Shown: positions 60,042 to 64,000 of the stretch, piece after piece
Position numbering within the stretch: the stretch's first letter is position 1
How the letters are laid out: each line of letters starts with the position of its first letter
Source of the DNA: Squalus acanthias
Lineage: Eukaryota
NCBI GenBank assembly: GCA_030390025.1
Contig: CM059432.1
Location: forward strand, 130,140,001 to 130,204,000
DNA: 64,000 nt
Direction: 5' to 3'
The notes under the pieces: generated by a model
What the model saw: the letters and a program-made list of their open reading frames with translations, nothing else
The model's database searches: none
What the model was told of the DNA's origin: nothing
Program-made: the position numbers and the translations under genes

Positions 60042-62296
60042 GGGGGAAAAATTCAGTTGGTTAGCGCCTCCCGTTAGCGCCTCTGGGGGGGGCGCTAACT
60101 GGGCGCTAGGAACTTAGCGCCTGAGCGCGGCGATTTTAGCGCCGCTCGCAAAATTGACAAGTCATTTTGCGCTGGCGCTAAACACTACCACCACGATCTC
60201 CTGTGCCCACAGATCGTGACGTCATTCGAGCGTGCAACGCCCTGGTAGAGCCCCGGACCGGAAATTGAGTTGCGCCCCCTGCCTTAGCGCCTGCCGCTAG
60301 GAACAACAGGTAGAGGGAAACGTTTTCAAGTCGGGAAGGGGCTGGGGGAGCGCTATTTAAAGGCGGGCGCTTCCTGCCTTTTCTTGCCGGCAAAATTTTT
60401 GGAACACGCAGTTTGAGAGGGAGAGAGATGTCTGGAGAGATTGGACGCTGTCCAAAGGAGTTTTGGGTCATGAGCACCACTTTTGAGGTTAATATTAATT
60501 TCACCTTCATATTTACCATATTTAGAAGCTTCTATGGGGGCTGCACTAACTCGGGGCATCGTCCAGCTTCACATTCGGATGCAGCAGAGCGCAGAGAGAG
60601 AGTGGCAAACGTGGCTAGAGGGAAGAGGGCCAACAGGTCTCTGCACAGGAGCCCTTACCCTCCCAGGGTATTCAGGGAGCAGTTCTCGTACCTTCATTTG
60701 TCTGAGGAGCAGTGTTTGCGCGGGCTGTGCTTCAGCAAGGAGGTGGACACTGAGCTCTGCCACCTCCTGCAACCAGATCTGCAGCCTCAGCTCAGGACCA
60801 GGACTTCTCTGTCGTTGGCAGTGAAGGTGACGGTGGCTCTGAATTTTTATGCTAGTTGCTCCTTTCAGGCTTCTACAGGGGACATAGCGAATATCTCCCA
60901 GTTCGCTGTTCATTGTTGCATCCGGGAGGTGACAAATGCTTTGTATAAAAGGAGATGCCAGTACATCTCTTTCCCCATGACCCGGGACAAACAGCGCGAA
61001 CGCGAATGTGGCTTTGCTAGGATAGTGTGCTTCCCCATGGTTCAGGGCGCCATTGACTGCGCATGTGGCATTGTGGGCACCTCATGAAAATGCAGAGGTT
61101 TTCCGCAACCGCAAGGGTTTCCACACTCGGAACGTGCAGTTGGTCTGTGACCACAGACAGCGCATCCTCACCGTCAATGCCCACTATCCTGGCAGCAGCC
61201 ACGATGCTTTTATCCTGCACCAGACTGGTGTCACAGACCTCTTCCAATCACCGCATCAGCCAAGTGGATGGCTCCTCGGGGACAAGGGTTATCCACTCTG
61301 CGCCTGGCTGATGACACCGCTCCGTAACCCCAACACTCCTGCTGAGCTCGCATAGAATGAGAGCCATAGCGCCACCAGGAACCTCATTGAGCAGACGATC
61401 GGCATTTTGAAATAACAGTTCAGGTGTCTGGACCACTCAGTAGGAGCCCTGCAGTACTCTCCTGAGCGAGTCTCCCTTTCATTGTTGTGTGCTGCATGCT
61501 TCATAACATTGCCACTAGGGATTGGTGGACCACCTGAGGAGGAGGAGGAAGAGGGAGAGGAGGAGGAGGAGGAGGAGGAGGATGAAGAGGAGGATCAGCA
61601 GCACCAACGTGGGAGGGAGGCGTACAATGTTGCCACTGCAAGGGCCGTCCGTGAATGGCTCATAAGACACCGATTCTAACCTTTTACAGAGAAGATGGCT
61701 TCTGGGATGAAGAAGCACATCATGGAAAGCATCCCGCACCCTCTATTGCCGGGCTAAGCTGCAATGAGTCAAATCAGCAAAGATGTAAAGTTAGAATAAA
61801 AAAATGTATTTATATTACAAAGTCAATGTCATTTATTCAGAACAAACAATTAGAAACAAACCCAATAATTCATGAACTAACAAAACTCGTTCTCACACCA
61901 TGGAGATAAACGGCAAAACAGTAAACAAATATAATAACAACAACCTCGAACTTTCCCACAAACATTCCCCCCATTTATTTACAGATTCTACTGTGGGGCC
62001 TTCGAGGGTGATCTCCATCCCCTGCGCACTTCCCCCCTTCCCACCCTACTGCTCCTCCTAATGTGGCCCCAGTGGCTGCAGCAAGGCTGGTGGAAGGCTG
62101 CTGAATATCAGATGCAGAGACTACAGATGCCCTTGAAGGACGCCCTCGACCGGCTCTGGGCCTGGAGGCCCTGGCTGCAGACTGCACCAACTCTGCATGG
62201 GCAGCAGCAGTCTGGGCTGGCTGTGTTACAGGCCGTGGCAAGTGCAATGGCGGAGTGGCAGTGATGGGAGCAGGAATGCTGTCATCCTGAGAGAGA
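60042..62296. mobile_element. Harbinger copy D (left TIR, transposase on +, Myb-gene 3' end on -; interrupted by Penelope)
   Basis: TIR GGGGGAAAAATT preceded by CTA, and collinear with copy B. The Myb tail PAQTAAAHAELVQSAARASRPRA lies at 61975-62247. Confidence 0.9.
60534..61679 (+). pseudogene. Harbinger DDE transposase (HARBI1-like), full extent, with few lesions
   Basis: MGAAL..., VQGAIDC, NRKGFHTRNVQLVCDH, YPGSSHDAFIL, LLGDKGYP, TRNLIEQTIG and a poly-Glu tail. Frameshifts near 60560 and 61060; stops near 61353 and 61413. Confidence 0.9.
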
Positions 62297-64000
62297 TGAG
62301 AAGTCGCACAACACCAGGTTATAGTCCAACAGTTTTATTTAAAATTACGAGCTTTTGGAGCTGCTGCCCCTTCGTCAGGTAGAGGTACAGTGAGGGAATC
62401 TAATACACAGTATATATACACAGAGAGCGACTTGTCTGCAGAGATACAATCCGTCAGGAAGGCACTACATCAAAGACACATCAGAGCACAGCCAAGACAA
62501 TGAGGTGGGTCACAGGGGGGCCAACGTGTCAAATGCTGCCGTCTGCAGTTGAGCTCCTAACTTTTTTTTATTTTTTTTTGGGGGGGTTTTTTTGGTTGGT
62601 TTTTTTTGTGTTTTTTTTTAAAACTGGAAAGACAGACAACGTTGTCGAGTCACGTTCTGTAGCGTGACATGAAGCCGAGATCCCTATTGAGGCCGTCCTC
62701 ATGGGTGCGGAACTTGGCTATCAGTTTCTGCTCGATGATTCTGCGTTGTCGTGTGTCTCGAAGGCCGCCTTGGAGAACGCTAACCCGCAGATCCGAGGCT
62801 GAATATCCTTGACTGCTAAAGTGTTCCCCGACTGGGAGGTAATCCTGCCTGGCGATTGTTGCGCGGTGTCCGTTCATACGTTGTCTCAGTGTCTGCATGG
62901 TCTCGCCGATGTACCATGCTCCGGGGCATCCTGTCCTGCAACGTATGAGGTAGACAACGTTGGCCGAGTCACATGACTATGTACCATGTACCTGGTGGGT
63001 AGTGTCCTCACGTGTGATGATGGTATCTGTGTTGATGAACTGGCATGTCTTGCAGAGGTTGCTGTGGCAGGGTTGTGTGGTGTCGTGATCGCTGTTCTCC
63101 TGACAGCTGGGTAATTTGCTGCGAACGGTGGTACTTTTGAGGTTAGGCGGCTGCTTGAAGGCAAGTAGTGGAGGCGTGGGGATGGCCTTAGCAAGGTGTT
63201 CATCGTCATCGATGACATGTTGAAGGCTGCGAAGAACATGGCATAGTTTCTCCGCTCCGGGTAAGTACTGGATGATGTAGGGTACTCTGTTGGTTGTGTC
63301 CCGTGTTCGCCTTCTGAGGAGGTCTATGCGGTTTTTCGCTGTGGCCCGTCGGAACTGTCGATCGACGAGTCGAGCGTCATATCCCGTTCTTACGAGGGCG
63401 TCTTTCAGCGTCCGTAGGTGTCCATCGCGTTCCTCCTCGTCTGAGCAGATCCTGTGTATTCGCAGGGCTTGTCCATAGGGGATGGCTTCTTTAACGTGGT
63501 TAGGGTGGAAGCTGGAGAAGTGAAGCATCGTGAGGTTGTCCGTGGGCTTGCGGTAGAGTGAAGTGCTGAGGTGTCCGTCTTTAATGGAGATTCATGTGTC
63601 CAAGAATGAAACCGATTCTGAGGAGTAGTCCATGGTGAGTTTGATGGTGGGATGGAACCTGTTGATGTTATCGTGTAGTCCTATCAGTGATCCTTCACCG
63701 TGGGTCCAAAGGAAGAAGATGTCGTCGATGTATCTGGTGTATAGCGTTGGTTGAAGGTCCTGTGCAGCGAAGAAGTCTTGCTCGAACTTGTGCATGAAGA
63801 TGTTGGCATATTGGGGTGCGAATTTGCTCCCCATGGCTGTTCCGTGTGTTTGGGTAAAAAACTGGTTGTCGAAGGTGAAGACATTGTGGTCAAGGATGAA
63901 GCGGATGAGTTGTAGGATGGCGTCTGGAGATTGGCTGTTGTTGGTGTTGAGTACTGAGGCTGTCGCAGCGATGCCGTCATCATGGGGGATACTGGTGTAG
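62297..64000 (-). mobile_element. Penelope-like retroelement (RT plus GIY-YIG, Neptune-like), running off the window
   Basis: GTAMGSKFAPQYANIFM, YTRYIDDIF, Cys linker PCHSNLCKTC and GIY-YIG VVYLIRC...AWYIGET...LRQRMNGHR. The terminal repeat at 62297-62382 is shared with 17254-17344. Confidence 0.93.
62345..62382 (-). ncRNA. Hammerhead motif variant (GAAA box mutated to AAAA)
   Basis: TAC-CTGACGA-A-GGGGC-AGCA-GCTCC-AAAA-GC-TC-GTA on the minus strand. Confidence 0.6.

Noticed and set aside
60534..61679. Domesticated HARBI1 gene
   Set aside because: It has stops and frameshifts, a TIR is present, it is inserted into a CR1, and there are multiple related copies in the window.

Overview
Eukaryotic, repeat-saturated genomic DNA, most likely from a shark or other elasmobranch. 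The basis for that is an HE1-type V-SINE, DeuSINE (SacSINE1-like) copies, and CR1 and Penelope families of the kind typical of sharks. I could not identify any host protein-coding gene. The window is intergenic or intronic and consists largely of nested transposable elements. (1) At least eight PIF/Harbinger copies or remnants with a convergent transposase plus intron-containing Myb/SANT gene layout, and several derived MITEs with 12-bp GGGGGNNAAATT-type ends and 3-bp target-site duplications (TSDs). (2) A young CsRn1-like Gypsy provirus at 7523-11655 with 241-bp LTRs, a tRNA-Trp primer-binding site, a CHCC Gag motif and a TTAC TSD, plus two solo LTRs and an old gag remnant. (3) A near full-length CR1 LINE and several truncated CR1, L2-like, other APE-RT and RTE LINEs. 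(4) Three Penelope-like insertions carrying minimal hammerhead-ribozyme motifs, two of them as fold-back palindromes. (5) A Tigger-like MITE holding a 29-bp minisatellite, and a hAT MITE. The most notable observations are the hammerhead motifs with a covarying stem I, a conserved PRRSTR C-terminal motif in divergent Harbinger Myb proteins, conserved Harbinger cis-elements, and a four-level nested insertion. All calls were made by eye and no searches were run. Boundaries without a TSD are approximate.
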